Virus record (IMG/VR): IMGVR_UViG_3300031963_000072
Span: 17,921-81,920 of that record
DNA from: a virus
Reading direction: 5' to 3' (one strand)
DNA length: 64,000 nt
The notes under the pieces are model-generated. The model was not told the origin of the DNA. It searched no databases and saw only the letters and a program-made list of their open reading frames with translations. This document shows positions 63,608 through 64,000 of this stretch, one piece after another (the first letter of the stretch is position 1; the number at the start of each line of letters is the position of its first letter). A program made the position numbers and the translations under genes.

Positions 63608-64000
63608 ATGGGTGCAGTTAAAGGCAGAGAGATGAGAGAGGTGCAGTGTCCCCTATGCTCCTCTTTCAAGAGCAAGCGACTGACGGCGTTCGAGGCTCAC
63701 CTAGGCGAGGCACACGCTACGACCGTGAAAGACTTGTGGGACTCCATGAACGGAGGTCCCGGAAAATGTGCATGCGGGTGTGGCACAGAGACAAAATGGA
63801 AGAGTTGGTGGGACGGATACTCGAGCGTGGTGAACGGTCACAACGGATCGATATACGCAGTGTGTTCCCCAGAAGCGGCCGAGGAAATATCGAGAAAGAG
63901 GTCAGATGCGTTGAGAGGTAAGTCGACTTGGTCCAAGGGTCTCACGAAGGAGACAGATGAGAGAGTCCGCCTCCGCGGGGAGGCAACAGCCAGAGGCAGA
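63608..64000 (+). CDS. 5' part of second CACGCG Zn-finger homing-endonuclease-like gene (runs off window)
   Basis: Hand translation MGAVKGREMREVQCPLC...H...H...KCACGCG...GH...WSKGLTKETDER; open to window end. Confidence 0.7.
   Translation, partial: MGAVKGREMREVQCPLCSSFKSKRLTAFEAHLGEAHATTVKDLWDSMNGGPGKCACGCGTETKWKSWWDGYSSVVNGHNGSIYAVCSPEAAEEISRKRSDALRGKSTWSKGLTKETDERVRLRGEATARGR

Noticed and set aside
1-64000. Alternative genetic code (TAG/TGA reassignment)
   Set aside because: Long conserved genes are intact in the standard code, and TAA, TAG and TGA all end genes at sensible positions
1-64000. CRISPR array, tRNA or rRNA genes
   Set aside because: Intergenic spaces are short; no regularly spaced repeats or cloverleaf/T-loop signatures were seen by eye

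Overview
The window is a densely coding, almost entirely minus-strand segment of a large (jumbo/huge) myovirus-type dsDNA phage genome read in the standard genetic code. From the right end it contains: (i) a contractile-tail module (tail tube, chaperone pair with a likely +1 frameshift, tape measure, tube-initiator-like, gpX/LysM-like and baseplate hub-like proteins), interrupted by a plus-strand glycine-rich cassette and by HNH-type genes on both sides of the tube gene; (ii) a replication/recombination block (stripped family-A polymerase, HD protein, gp32-like SSB, RecA/UvsX, dUTPase, actin-like ATPase, 5'-3' exonuclease, DnaB helicase, class II RNR, ThyX, dTMP kinase); (iii) a nucleotide-metabolism cluster around a DnaE-type polymerase. 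The cluster holds a second, divergent ThyX (Cys for Ser), a nucleoside deoxyribosyltransferase, a dNMP kinase fused to a cytosine-type thymidylate-synthase fragment, two NDP-sugar epimerases, TK, dCMP deaminase and a MazG/HAD pair, which together suggest an uncharacterised DNA base-modification pathway. (iv) About 20 small or medium proteins share an amphipathic 'L(K/R)x(I/L)I(K/R)E' motif, probably a capsid-targeting signal, and are interspersed with SOD, Dps, PCD, nitrilase, PolX and three nucleotidyltransferase domains. Two promoter classes can be read directly from the sequence: nTG(A/T)A(A/C)-N18-TAnnnT, mostly leaderless, and ATAnTTA. All product calls come from motif recognition by eye; no database search was run. 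Several starts were moved relative to the supplied ORF track.
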